A stretch of DNA of 64,000 nucleotides from assembly GCA_038887515.1 (NCBI GenBank), contig JAWAKK010000002.1, forward strand, positions 256,001-320,000. Reading direction: 5' to 3'. The notes beneath the pieces were generated by a model. The model was not told the DNA's origin, did not search any database, and was given only the letters and a program-made list of their open reading frames with translations. The stretch comes from Candidatus Nezhaarchaeales archaeon. Lineage in GTDB: Archaea > Thermoproteota > Methanomethylicia > Nezhaarchaeales > WYZ-LMO8. Every line of letters starts with the position of its first letter. The stretch's first letter is position 1. Made by a program: the position numbers and the translations under genes. This document shows positions 1 through 10,390 of the stretch, piece after piece.

Positions 1-1
1 G

Positions 2-454
2 AGGAGTAGGGCAATTTCAACAATCATAGCGACATTAATTCTTATTGGAGTCACAGCGGCTATGGGCTCTTTCATTTACTGGTATGCTGTAACCTACGCC
101 AAATCAACTTCGAGGATATCGGCGATAGCGATAACGGAGGCAAAAATGAGTAAGACCTCGACGGGGGTTACGAGCGTCCTGGTATCTCTAAGAAACCAGG
201 GTACTACGGTAATTGAGCTTACTAGCGTTATCGTATACGACGACTATAATAATCCAGTCGACCTGTTAAGTAAAAACGAGACCTTAATATCGCCTAAACC
301 GGTACAAGAAAAGATATCGTTAAATCCCGGGGACTCCGTGACCGTAGTCTACGTCGGTAAGTTGTCGGTTAGCGTTGGCAAGACCTATACAATAGTCGCG
401 ATTACGAGTCAAGGAGCGCAACAAGTTACTGCCGAGTGTACCTTTGGTTATTGA
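2..454 (+). CDS. Archaeal type IV pilin (5' end outside the window)
   Basis: The frame is open from base 2: RSRA|ISTIIATLILIGVTAAM, a class III (prepilin) signal peptide. The ORF-track start at 62 is internal. Confidence 0.8.
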   Translation, partial: RSRAISTIIATLILIGVTAAMGSFIYWYAVTYAKSTSRISAIAITEAKMSKTSTGVTSVLVSLRNQGTTVIELTSVIVYDDYNNPVDLLSKNETLISPKPVQEKISLNPGDSVTVVYVGKLSVSVGKTYTIVAITSQGAQQVTAECTFGY

Positions 455-471
455 GGGGGCTACTCTAGCTT

Positions 472-909
472 ATGAGCTTCAAGGGTCTCCTTCTTTCTTT
501 ATTCGATAAGCATAGAGGGGCTTCAGAGATAGTAGCTGCGGTAATAGTCTTTGCCGTGACATTAACCGTGTCCAGCGCATCCATAACTTTCTTATCGCAG
601 AGAGCTGGCTTGGCGTCAAGTATAATGCTTCAAGAGTCCAAGAGGGCAATGATAGAGCACTTGGCCTCCGTGAGAGTAGTAGACGTGCTAGAAACTGAAG
701 ATAATAAAGCAGTCATAGTTCTGTACAATCCGACCGACATGGTTATTCGCATAGTTGCGGTAATAGCGGGCGATAGCCTTCAACGAGTAAACATGTCTCT
801 AGAACCTGCGGACATAGTCGATCTCTGCGTAGACTCCTCTTGCGATATCGTCTCTAACCATATCTATCTTCTAACTGTGGAGGGTGCTTTAATTGAGGTT
901 AGACCGTAA
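472..909 (+). CDS. Archaeal type IV pilin-like protein
   Basis: KHRG|ASEIVAAVIVFAVTL class III signal peptide; lies in the pilus operon. Confidence 0.75.
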   Translation: MSFKGLLLSLFDKHRGASEIVAAVIVFAVTLTVSSASITFLSQRAGLASSIMLQESKRAMIEHLASVRVVDVLETEDNKAVIVLYNPTDMVIRIVAVIAGDSLQRVNMSLEPADIVDLCVDSSCDIVSNHIYLLTVEGALIEVRP

Positions 910-2560
910 GGCTTTGAGCTCCTTAATTAGCATAATCATAATGGCCGTACTACTCTCGCTTTCACTAGGTCTGTTTGCTTCACTCCTATCATCCTTCGCT
1001 AATTACGCGAGCACTCTACGTAGGGAGCTCGATTTGGCCAGCGAAGTCGTAGCCGAGGAGAGAATGCTCGTAGATGCTTCTTCGAATGGTACCCACGTAC
1101 TGTTGTCTCTGGCCAATAAGGCTTCGAAAGAAGTGGCTTTGCCCTATCTTGTCTTCAAACATGGAGGGAAGCTGTATGTAGATAGGATCGACTTAAGGGT
1201 TCCACCCCTATCGACCATTCGATTCGCAGTTGCTATACCTAAAGGCTTTTCAAATCCATCGCTTGAAGCAGTCCTAGTAGCTAGGAGAGGTTCTACGTAT
1301 AAAATCGCCCTTCCCTCGAAATCAAGTAATAACACGAACTCCATTGAACCGTACCTGAAGGTGCCGTACGACGACATTTGCCTAATAAATGATGTAGACG
1401 CGGTGGACCGCTTAAAAAGTATTGTAGTTACTTCATACGAGAACGGTGGGATATTGATGATCGACGTTAGGCAACGCTCGCTACTATGGTCGAAAGAGTT
1501 TCTTGGATCAAGAACCGAAAATGTTGCATTCAATGAAGCCTTCAATGCCACCGTGGCATCTATTTCGACTATTAGAGAAGGAGACAGTAAGATACTTAGT
1601 ATAATAACTCTCAGGGATGGGAAGCTTCTTTCTCTCCATAACTTTTACGACTATGTGTACCGTTCTTCATCAGTTAGAGAGTACTTGCATCAGCCCGTTT
1701 TAACTGGAAGAGTTCAAGACTTCATGATCATACCCAAAAGCTATTTTTCGGGCAATTATAGTTCAAATAACTACTGGCTTTTTGAAGTTAGGGCTTACTT
1801 ACATATCATTAAACCATCATCACCATCGGTGGGGGAAGTTCTTCTCCAAAGGGTCTTAATTTTAGATACGAACACAAGGATAACACCAAGCTATTATCAG
1901 TCAAACCCAGACGTCTTCCCAAAGTTCAAAGTTGTAGGCTACGTCCCTGTAAACAAGAGCTTTAGCATTCTACTAGTTGGTGGAGCGGTTTATCGAGATG
2001 TTGACATCGTTTACGCGAAGTACCGTTGTGACACAGTAAAATCTGGAAGCGACATCCTCGTGCCGCCAACACTCCACGCGCTCAGCAATGGCTCTCCTTC
2101 TTGGTACTTATCCCTAAATTCCTGTGATACATCATTTCCTAATTTCCTGTAACGCATTAACGATGTGATAGCAGTAGCGTCAGGGCCTTATCTCTATTTT
2201 GTTAACAGCAGTAGTCAGGTATTGAAGAGGATCGACTATAGTCCTGAGAAGATAGTGTTCTTAAAGTTCGATGAAAACTACAACAAACTGATAGTTAGTC
2301 TTACCAACGGTGACGTACGAATATTCGATAACAACCTTAAAGAAGAGAGGCGCTTCTCGCGAATAACAACATCACGGATAGTGGACGTAGTCTTGGTGAA
2401 TAGCTCAAAGGTTATAATTTTTAATGAAACTCACGCGTTTAATCCTGAAGATCCTTCCTACATCGTCGCGCTCCCGTCAAAGCCTTGCAAGGCCATTTTG
2501 CTAGACGCATGGGGAGTACTAGTAGCTTCGCGTTCAGGGCTCCTCTACATAAAAACTTGA
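893..2560 (+). pseudogene. Large minor pilin/adhesin with beta-rich C-terminal region, split by one in-frame TAA (2150-2152)
   Basis: RKA|LSSLISIIIMAVLL signal peptide. ORFs 893-2152 and 2165-2560 share a frame and are separated only by TAA + R-I-N-D. The two-gene reading cannot be excluded. Confidence 0.55.
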
Positions 2561-2561
2561 G

Positions 2562-4116
2562 GTGAAAAATTTTGGTAGCGCAATTATTGCCTTCAAAAAA
2601 GTAGATGCGAAGGAGGGGGATCCATATCATGAATTCGAAGGCGTTAAGTTGGACAATAACTTCCAGCAACTCGATAAGTACTACGTCTCAGATGGTATTG
2701 TTGAGATAATAATAGGTGAATGCCAAGGCCTAGGCTACTACATAGTTAAGGAGCCTGAGCTAACTCCAGATGAACTTAGGCTATACCGAGCCCTCATAGA
2801 CGAATTGAGGTATAAATCGAAGCCAGATATACAACTCCTTCTAAATCCTCTAGGATACCTTGAAAGGGCATTAAGGGAGGCTATGAGCGATTTAGAGGTA
2901 GCAAGCAAAGTTTACTCTTCTAAGCGCAAGCTCTTTTATTACCTTAAGCGAGAAGTCTTGGGTTTTGGTCAGCTTGAACCGCTAATAGATGATCCAGACA
3001 TAGAAGACATGTCAATCGAAGGTGTAGGCAGGCCAGCTAGAGTTTTTCATAGGCGCTTTAGTTTTTACGACTGGCTCCATACAAATATAGTTTTTGAGAA
3101 CGAAGAAGAACTAAATAATTATGTTATAAGGCTTGCCCACATGGGCGGAAAGCACATCAACATAGCCAATCCAATAGCCGACGTAATGTTGCCTGGCAAG
3201 CATAGGGCAACTTTGACGTTTTCCAGGGAAGTAACCCCTCAGGGACCCTCATTGACTATAAGGAAGTTTAAAGAAAAGCCACTAACTATATGCCACTTAG
3301 TTAAGAGCGGCACGGTCTCCTCGCTTATGGCAGCTTATTGGTGGATTTTGCTCGAAAACAAAGCCTTCCTTATGATAATAGGCCCAATGGCTAGCGGAAA
3401 GACAACTTTACTCAATAGCCTAGCCATGCTTTTGAAGCCGAACTGGAAGGTGGTGAGCATAGAGGACGTTGCTGAGCTTAACCTAGCGCACCCCGGCTGG
3501 AAGCCCTTAGTATCACGCCATACATGTCCTCCAGGTGAAAATTTGACTGAAGTCAGTCTATTCGACTTAGTCAAGCTATCTTTCAGGGAGAGGGCCGACT
3601 TCATCATTGTTGGCGAGATTAGGGGTGAAGAGGCCTATGCTCTATTTCAAGCAGCAGCGAGCGGTCACGGTTGCGCTTGCACTTTCCACAGCTCAAATTT
3701 CGAGTCAATGGTCAGCAGGCTTACGTCGCCTCCACTCAATGTAGGTCCAAGCTACATAGAGCTAATATCAAACGTGGTCGTGGTAAAGAGGATAGCCAAG
3801 TCGGTAAGACAGGCGGTTAGAAGGGTGACCGAAGTGGACGAGGTAGTAAACTGTCGAGACTACGTAAAGGTCTTCACATGGAACCCGACCCAAGATTTCT
3901 TTGAACCCGATGATCCTTACGAACTCGTCGAGAAGAGTTTTCAGCTAAAACGAATTGCCGAGGCAAATGGGCTAAGCGAAGAAGATGTTTTGGACGAACT
4001 TTTTGAAAAGGAAGAGGTTCATTGAAAGTCTTGTCGAGAACGGTATCCTAGACTTTGAGGAAGTGTTACGTCACTTGAGGGGCCTTCAATATAGGAGGCA
4101 TTTAGATATTGAATAG
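2562..4116 (+). CDS. Type II/IV secretion (pilus assembly) ATPase, FlaI/TadA/GspE family; +1 frameshift near 4006-4009
   Basis: Walker A GPMASGKT, SIEDVAE, IIVGEIRGEE, TFHS. The frame stops at 4025, but the +1 frame supplies the family-like tail RKRFIESLVENGILDFEEV to TAG 4114-4116. Confidence 0.9.
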
Positions 4117-5908
4117 AAAGCTTAAACTCTTAATCGTTTTTTCATTAGCCAGCATACCTTTGGTCGTACTTTCTCTCTCAATAACTCTCGTTGTATTTAC
4201 ATTACCTCTTCTTGGGATGTTAATCTATCTATACTTTAGAGGTAGAGGTCCTAAGAATATAGGTCGAACGAAATCAGGGCAAATAAGCGTGGTGCTAGTG
4301 CTTCCAAGGTCTCCCAAGAACCTTAAAGGACTTTTAAAGTTCAAACTACGTAGAGGGTTTGGATTTAAAAGTAAACCCTGCCCTCTCTCCTTGAAGAATA
4401 CTAAGCTGTATACAGCCCTTTTTCTTTGTCTAGCCATAACGACTACATCATTCTTAGTCAACAATTTCATTCCTCTCGCGTTTCTACTTTTATCGATTGC
4501 TATCCCTTTAGTTTCAACTTTACGCGATAAGGTTGCCGAATCTATTAGAAAACACAATGTAGAAAACGAATTACCATTCTTCAGTCTACTTGCCTCGACC
4601 CTATCTCATGCAGGTCAAACACTTGTGAAGGCATTTAATATCGTAGCCGAAGCTAAAGTGTTTCCAGCATTTAGCTTAGAAGCACTATACTTAAAGAAGG
4701 AGTCTCTGTTTATGGGCGGAGATACGATAGCTGCTATGAGCAACTACGCTCAAAGACATCCATCAAGGCTCCTTTCGTCTTTAATTCTAGGCTACGTGGG
4801 TATAGTTAGAAGCGGTGGAGACGTTACGAAGTACTTAGAGGAAAAGACTAGAGAACTTTTTTCAATGCTTAAGGAAAGGTGGAACAATTTCGTCAACAAT
4901 GTTAGCACGGTAGGCGAAGCGATGTTAGCTCTCTTCCTCATAATGCCTTTAATGCTATCCATGACTACCTTGGTTTTTGCAAGCGAAGTGGAGGAGGCTA
5001 TTTACGAGCTTATGATACTAGGTTTGGTGCCATTGCTATCTTTAATGACTGTCTTCTTATTGCACGTGACACGCCCTCAAGATAGCTTTGAATACATGCC
5101 AAGCGGGAAGATCATTTCGTCCTCTACTATTTCGATCATAACGTCTACCCTTATTTTAGGGATCCTATTTAACAAGACAATACTTGACTTAATAGCCTTT
5201 GGCACTATAGCTGCAATACTTCCTTTAACCATACATTATGAAAAGGAGAAGGCGAAGGTTCTCGAAATTGAAAAAGAAATACCGCGCTTCCTAAGATACT
5301 TAGGAGAACATAAAAAGTTGGGCTTCTCTCTCTTAACTGTATTGGAGAAGTCTTCCCGCGAACCCTATAACAAAGCCTTCTCTCTTATAATCAAGGAAGC
5401 TATAGGTAAAATGAAGCTTGGGTTATCGCTTTATCAATCGATTGTCGCACTTAAAGTGCGCTCTAAGTTATGTAAAATCGTCTTATTTATCTTAGACAGC
5501 TTAGTTGAAAGCGGAGGAGGGTCCCCAGCAACATTTGAGATCCTAGCATCGTACGTAGATGAATACAACAAGCAGAGGTCTAAGGTTAAGAGGTCTCTCC
5601 ATCTCTACTCTCTCTTAGGCTATGCGAGCCCAATGATACTAGCTATATGCTTATCTCTTACAACCACCTTCATTGTTGGCATGAATGAACAACCTACCTT
5701 GAATGTAACAGAAGGTGTTTCAAACATGATACAACCCCCTCAGGAAGAGGTGCACGAAGTGTTGTTCTACAGCAAGCTTATGATGCTCGTCTCCTCAATA
5801 TCCATGGGTCTAATACTTGGTAAGGCAATAGAAGGCTCAATGCTTTGCACTAAGCATACCTTGATATGTATTTTAGTTGCCTTAATATCTCTAAACTCAC
5901 TCCTATAA
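4109..5908 (+). CDS. Type II secretion system F family (TadC/FlaJ-like) pilus platform membrane protein
   Basis: Multiple TM segments, two T2SSF-like repeats (ENELPFF...RSGGD; EKEIPRFL...ESGG); follows the ATPase. Confidence 0.85.
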   Translation: MNRKLKLLIVFSLASIPLVVLSLSITLVVFTLPLLGMLIYLYFRGRGPKNIGRTKSGQISVVLVLPRSPKNLKGLLKFKLRRGFGFKSKPCPLSLKNTKLYTALFLCLAITTTSFLVNNFIPLAFLLLSIAIPLVSTLRDKVAESIRKHNVENELPFFSLLASTLSHAGQTLVKAFNIVAEAKVFPAFSLEALYLKKESLFMGGDTIAAMSNYAQRHPSRLLSSLILGYVGIVRSGGDVTKYLEEKTRELFSMLKERWNNFVNNVSTVGEAMLALFLIMPLMLSMTTLVFASEVEEAIYELMILGLVPLLSLMTVFLLHVTRPQDSFEYMPSGKIISSSTISIITSTLILGILFNKTILDLIAFGTIAAILPLTIHYEKEKAKVLEIEKEIPRFLRYLGEHKKLGFSLLTVLEKSSREPYNKAFSLIIKEAIGKMKLGLSLYQSIVALKVRSKLCKIVLFILDSLVESGGGSPATFEILASYVDEYNKQRSKVKRSLHLYSLLGYASPMILAICLSLTTTFIVGMNEQPTLNVTEGVSNMIQPPQEEVHEVLFYSKLMMLVSSISMGLILGKAIEGSMLCTKHTLICILVALISLNSLL

Positions 5909-5929
5909 TAATGTAGGCGCTGAGGGTTT

Positions 5930-7717
5930 ATGGAGTACTCACTGTTGGTGAGCTTTTATGAGAAGATAGAGTTGACGACGAAGAGGCTTGAGATGACAGA
6001 CCTTTTAGTTTCCCTATTCAAGAAGAGTCCTCCAAATATCATAGACAAGGTCGTTTACTTAACTCAAGGTAGGCTCTACCCAGAATACGTCGGGATAGAA
6101 TTAGGCGTGGCAGAAAAACTTGCATTAAAGGCTCTCTCTTTAGCTACTGGTTTATCCGTCGAAGAATTAGAGGTCGAATTAAAGAGAACTGGAGATATAG
6201 GTACAGTAGCTGAAAGGTGTCTTTCGAAAAAGAAACTTAAGAGCATATTGGACTTCATGGGGCCTGTGCAAGGGAGTGCGAAAAAGTTAACGGTCGATGA
6301 AGTATACAATACGCTTGATAAGGTCGCTAGAGCCGTAGGTGAGGGTTCTCAAGATACGAAAATTTCTTTAATAGCAAGCCTATTGAGGGATGCGTCGCCA
6401 AAGGAGGCAAAGTATCTACTAAGGACTATAACGGGGAAATTGAGGCTTGGTATAGCTGATATGACTATACTTGACGCCCTCGCAATAGCTTTCTGCGGCG
6501 GAAAGGATGCTCGCCCCCTCGTCGAGAGGGCTTACAACCTCTCAAGCGACTTAGGTCATGTAGCAAAGGTTGTAGCTGAAAGTGGCATCGATGGATTAAA
6601 GTACTTCAAAATTACTGTTGGAAGGCCCATAAGACCCATGCTAGCTGAACGGCTAGCAACGGCAGAAGAGGTTCTCGAAAAGCTCGGTGGCAAGTGCGTA
6701 GCGGAGTATAAGTACGATGGTGAGAGGATACAAGCCCATAAATCCGGCTCGGACGTAATACTGTTCTCTCGTAGACTTGAAAACATAACTCACCACTATC
6801 CGGACGCTTGCGATATAATTAAGGAGCGCATAAAAGTGAATGAGGCAATAGTGGAAGCAGAATGCGTAGCTATAGATCCCGATACCGGGGAAATGAGACC
6901 TTTCCAAGAGTTAATGCATAGAAGGAGGAAGTATGGTATAGAAGAAGCTATGAAGGAGTACCCTGTCTCGCTCTTCTTTTTTGACTGTCTATATGTTAAT
7001 GGCCAAGACCTAACGAATCAACCGTACCTAAAGAGGAGGGAGGAGCTTATGAAAATCTTAGAGCCAAGCGAAAGAGCTATGCTAGCATCTTATAGGATCG
7101 TCGATAACGTTGAAGAACTGGAACGCTTCTTTGAGGAAGCTATAAGCGAGGGATGCGAAGGGCTCGTATGTAAATCTTTAGCACCCGACTCCATATACCA
7201 AGCAGGCGCTAGAGGCTGGCTGTGGATAAAGCTCAAGAGGTCATATCAGTCAAAGCTTGTAGAACCGATAGATGTAACCGTCGTTGGCGCCTTCTGGGGT
7301 AAGGGTAAGCGAGCTGGCAAATATGGCGCCTTACTCTGCGCAGTTTACGATCCCGAAGCGGATGTATTCAGAACTGTATGTAAAGTTGGAAGTGGCTTTA
7401 CAGATGAAGACCTAGAGAAGATGCCTGGAATGTTGCAGCCCTACGCTATCGAACATAAGCATCCACGAGTAGATTCTAGATTAAAGGCGGATGTATGGTT
7501 TGTACCTAGTATCGTCATAGAAATCATAGGTGACGAGATAACACTAAGCCCTCTTCACACAGCTGGGCTAGGAGTTCTAAAGCCAGACGCTGGCTTAGCT
7601 ATAAGGTTTCCACGCTTTACGGGGCGTTGGAGGTTCGACAAGAACCCTGAAGATAGCACAACGGTGAAGGAACTCATTGAAATGTACAAAATGCAGTTGA
7701 AGAAAATCGAGACTTAA
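5930..7717 (+). CDS. lig: ATP-dependent DNA ligase
   Basis: EYKYDGERIQ adenylation motif, EGLVCK, WIKLK, IRFPRF; PIP-like KSILDF in the N-terminal domain. Confidence 0.98.
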   Translation: MEYSLLVSFYEKIELTTKRLEMTDLLVSLFKKSPPNIIDKVVYLTQGRLYPEYVGIELGVAEKLALKALSLATGLSVEELEVELKRTGDIGTVAERCLSKKKLKSILDFMGPVQGSAKKLTVDEVYNTLDKVARAVGEGSQDTKISLIASLLRDASPKEAKYLLRTITGKLRLGIADMTILDALAIAFCGGKDARPLVERAYNLSSDLGHVAKVVAESGIDGLKYFKITVGRPIRPMLAERLATAEEVLEKLGGKCVAEYKYDGERIQAHKSGSDVILFSRRLENITHHYPDACDIIKERIKVNEAIVEAECVAIDPDTGEMRPFQELMHRRRKYGIEEAMKEYPVSLFFFDCLYVNGQDLTNQPYLKRREELMKILEPSERAMLASYRIVDNVEELERFFEEAISEGCEGLVCKSLAPDSIYQAGARGWLWIKLKRSYQSKLVEPIDVTVVGAFWGKGKRAGKYGALLCAVYDPEADVFRTVCKVGSGFTDEDLEKMPGMLQPYAIEHKHPRVDSRLKADVWFVPSIVIEIIGDEITLSPLHTAGLGVLKPDAGLAIRFPRFTGRWRFDKNPEDSTTVKELIEMYKMQLKKIET

Positions 7718-8289
7718 GAACTCCGCTGAGAAATCTTTTCTAGCATTCTCTCAAAAGTCCAACGAACAGCATTCTTTAGCTCTCTCATTCTTCTCTCGTC
7801 AACAACGTTCTTTAAAAATATTTCAGTTAAGATATCTCCTTTAGTCTTTATCTCGTAATCCATGGCTTCACCCTCCTTCATCTCTCCCCGCTCAACAGCT
7901 TCACGATCTTTCCTCCTCATCTCTTCGAGGACCTTTTCTATTAAGAATTGCCTGAAGGGTGGAATGTTTATGTTAAGCTCTAGGTCTTGGGCAGGGACTA
8001 TCCTCAAGTATCCCTCGCCCATGTACATCTTTCCGAGCAATCTGTTTCCCATTCTAGACGAAGCCATAATTAATGTCTCGGTCTCAAGCCCCTTCGGCTG
8101 AGCCGAGGGGGGTTGAACGACCTCTTTTGTGACCTCTAGAGCGGAGGCTGGCTTGAACGATACTCTTGCTAGGGCTTCGTCGACCAACTTTATTAGTACC
8201 TTAAGGTGTTCAACTTCAATGGTTAAAGTAGAGAGCTTCTCCTCAAGGTACCTCTTTAAGTCCGCTAAACTTTTGGCTATGTCTTCCAC
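7714..8289 (-). CDS. Hypothetical protein with N-terminal coiled coil
   Basis: 191-aa ORF with a 4-nt convergent overlap with lig; no recognisable catalytic motif. Confidence 0.75.
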   Translation of the reverse strand: MEDIAKSLADLKRYLEEKLSTLTIEVEHLKVLIKLVDEALARVSFKPASALEVTKEVVQPPSAQPKGLETETLIMASSRMGNRLLGKMYMGEGYLRIVPAQDLELNINIPPFRQFLIEKVLEEMRRKDREAVERGEMKEGEAMDYEIKTKGDILTEIFLKNVVDERRMRELKNAVRWTFERMLEKISQRSS

Positions 8290-8361
8290 TATACTTCACT
8301 TCTCCATACTTCAAAGCTCTACTTGCTTTCACTAGGTAAAATTTTCTACCGTTATTTATCT

Positions 8362-8901
8362 CTATATACTCCAAGGCCTGCCGAAAGCGTTGTGATGAAC
8401 TACTTCTCTCAGGCTCCTCCTTGACGGAGGTGATGGGACTTCTCCTGCTTGGCCTACAGTTATTAGGGCTAATGGCCTAACATTAGTCGGCAACTTCAAG
8501 AGTCTCCTAACTTCTTCTTCATAGAAAGCCCCAATCCAACAAGTACCCATACCGAGTGAATATGATGCTAGTAAAATGTTTTGGGCCGCTGCAGCGCAGT
8601 CTTGGATAGCATAAAGTCTCCTGCCTCGTTCACCATAAATAGCACCAGTTCTATCTACATTGGCACAAACCGCGATGATTGCTGATGCCTCGGCCATCCA
8701 CATTTGGCTTAGGGAAGCCCTAGCTAACTGCTTCATGACGCCTTTATCGTCGACCACAACAAACTCCCAAGGTTGGAGGTTTCCAGCGGACGGAGCCCAT
8801 ATGGCGGCCTCCAGTATCGTCCTTAACGTTTCCGGTCCTACTTCTGAAGGAATATAAGACCTTATAGACCTCCTCCCCTTTATAGCTTCGAGGACCTCCA
8901 A
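8362..8901 (-). CDS. Nitroreductase family protein
   Basis: RRSIR, WAPSAGNLQPWEF, GMGTCWIG motifs. Confidence 0.95.
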   Translation of the reverse strand: MEVLEAIKGRRSIRSYIPSEVGPETLRTILEAAIWAPSAGNLQPWEFVVVDDKGVMKQLARASLSQMWMAEASAIIAVCANVDRTGAIYGERGRRLYAIQDCAAAAQNILLASYSLGMGTCWIGAFYEEEVRRLLKLPTNVRPLALITVGQAGEVPSPPSRRSLREVVHHNAFGRPWSI

Positions 8902-8965
8902 ATTTAAGCACCTACACTGTCCTCTACGATTACTATGCTTATTAAAGCTTAGCCTATAGAATCGA

Positions 8966-10390
8966 GTGGCAATGATAAGAAGCTTCCAACTTATTAGCTC
9001 TATAGTAAACTACCTAGACCCTTATTTCGTGATCTTCTCTATTTCCCTCCTTCTAGCACTCATATTGTACGCAAAGTTTCAATCCAAAGGAAAAATCCTG
9101 TTAGGAAGGATCTTCCTTTTAATGCCTTTTTACCTCGACCTCAGAGAAGCTAAGCATGTAGTAATATTTGGGATGACTGGATCGGGGAAGACAAATACAT
9201 CAAAATTGATAGTTAACTCGTTTAAGGGCTCCAAATTAATAATAGATTGGAATGGAGAGTACTTAATTGGGAGAGTTGCGAGACCCTCGCATCTATCAAT
9301 AAGCTATCTATCGATGCTAGACTTCTGCGAGGCCCTAGCTTCATCTCTTCAATTGACGGTGCCTCAATACGCAATGTTACTTGAAGTGGCTAGGGACTCA
9401 AGTAACTTAAGCGAGATAATAGAGAAATTGCGGAGGTATCCGACGGAAAGCGATACTAGGAGGGAGATAAAGAACGCTTTATTAAGAAGACTTGAACCTC
9501 TCTCTTACGCCAACCTCTTTTCAGGCTCTCTTACCATAGACGATGTCGATACCATAGACCTTTCAGGTTTAACGTTTGATGCTAAAAGGTTGGTAGCCAA
9601 CGTCGTCTTGAGGCTTCTCTATACTAACCCTATAAAGCAGTTGTTAGTTCTCGAAGAAGCTCAGAACTTGCTAATACCGCGCCACCCAAATCAGCCTCCA
9701 ACAAGTTGCGAGCTAATCCTCGACGAAATCAGGAAGCATGGCGTAAGGGTCCTCGCCGTAGCTCAAATACCTTCACTTGTCTCGACGACCTATCGAAATG
9801 CTGAATACATAATTCTTCATAGGTTAAGCTTGACAACAGAAGAAGCAAAGGACATTGGTTTAACGGAAAGGGAAAGGTGCAGAATAGCTAAGCTACCTAA
9901 CGGAAAGTGTCTCATCATAAATAAGGGAAAGAAGTTCACGGTCACCGTATTTAAGGCAAGACTTCTAAGCCAAGCAAGAGAAGAGAGGGAGAATGAAGTT
10001 TCAACGAAAGGAAGAGAGACGAGCTATCGAGGCGAACCTAAAAACGATGGAGATGTTTTATCATATCTTATCGAAGACCTTAGGGAAATTAATGAGTGGC
10101 GCAGGGGGATAACCAGCAATGTGGACGTATTGATTAAGGACGTTGACGAGCTCAAGCAACTGACGAAGAACCTTATTGACAAGTTTTCGGCCTTAAGCAT
10201 TCGGGAAGCCATAAATCCTAACTTAATCGATAACTTAAAGGTCGAAGTAGATAAAATGAAAGCTTATTTCAGTAAGAGAATGGAAGACCTTGAATGTTCA
10301 CTAAGTTATGTAAAAGATAGACTGTTGGACCTCGAAGAAAAGATGCACGAAGACTTGAACTTAAAGGGTCGTAGCCGAAATGCTCGATGA
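8966..10390 (+). CDS. Membrane-anchored HerA/VirB4-like (DUF87) ATPase with C-terminal coiled coil
   Basis: N-terminal TM helix, HVVIFGMTGSGKT, IIDWNGEY, Walker B LLVLEEAQ, EIRKHG arginine-finger region. Confidence 0.85.
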   Translation: MAMIRSFQLISSIVNYLDPYFVIFSISLLLALILYAKFQSKGKILLGRIFLLMPFYLDLREAKHVVIFGMTGSGKTNTSKLIVNSFKGSKLIIDWNGEYLIGRVARPSHLSISYLSMLDFCEALASSLQLTVPQYAMLLEVARDSSNLSEIIEKLRRYPTESDTRREIKNALLRRLEPLSYANLFSGSLTIDDVDTIDLSGLTFDAKRLVANVVLRLLYTNPIKQLLVLEEAQNLLIPRHPNQPPTSCELILDEIRKHGVRVLAVAQIPSLVSTTYRNAEYIILHRLSLTTEEAKDIGLTERERCRIAKLPNGKCLIINKGKKFTVTVFKARLLSQAREERENEVSTKGRETSYRGEPKNDGDVLSYLIEDLREINEWRRGITSNVDVLIKDVDELKQLTKNLIDKFSALSIREAINPNLIDNLKVEVDKMKAYFSKRMEDLECSLSYVKDRLLDLEEKMHEDLNLKGRSRNAR

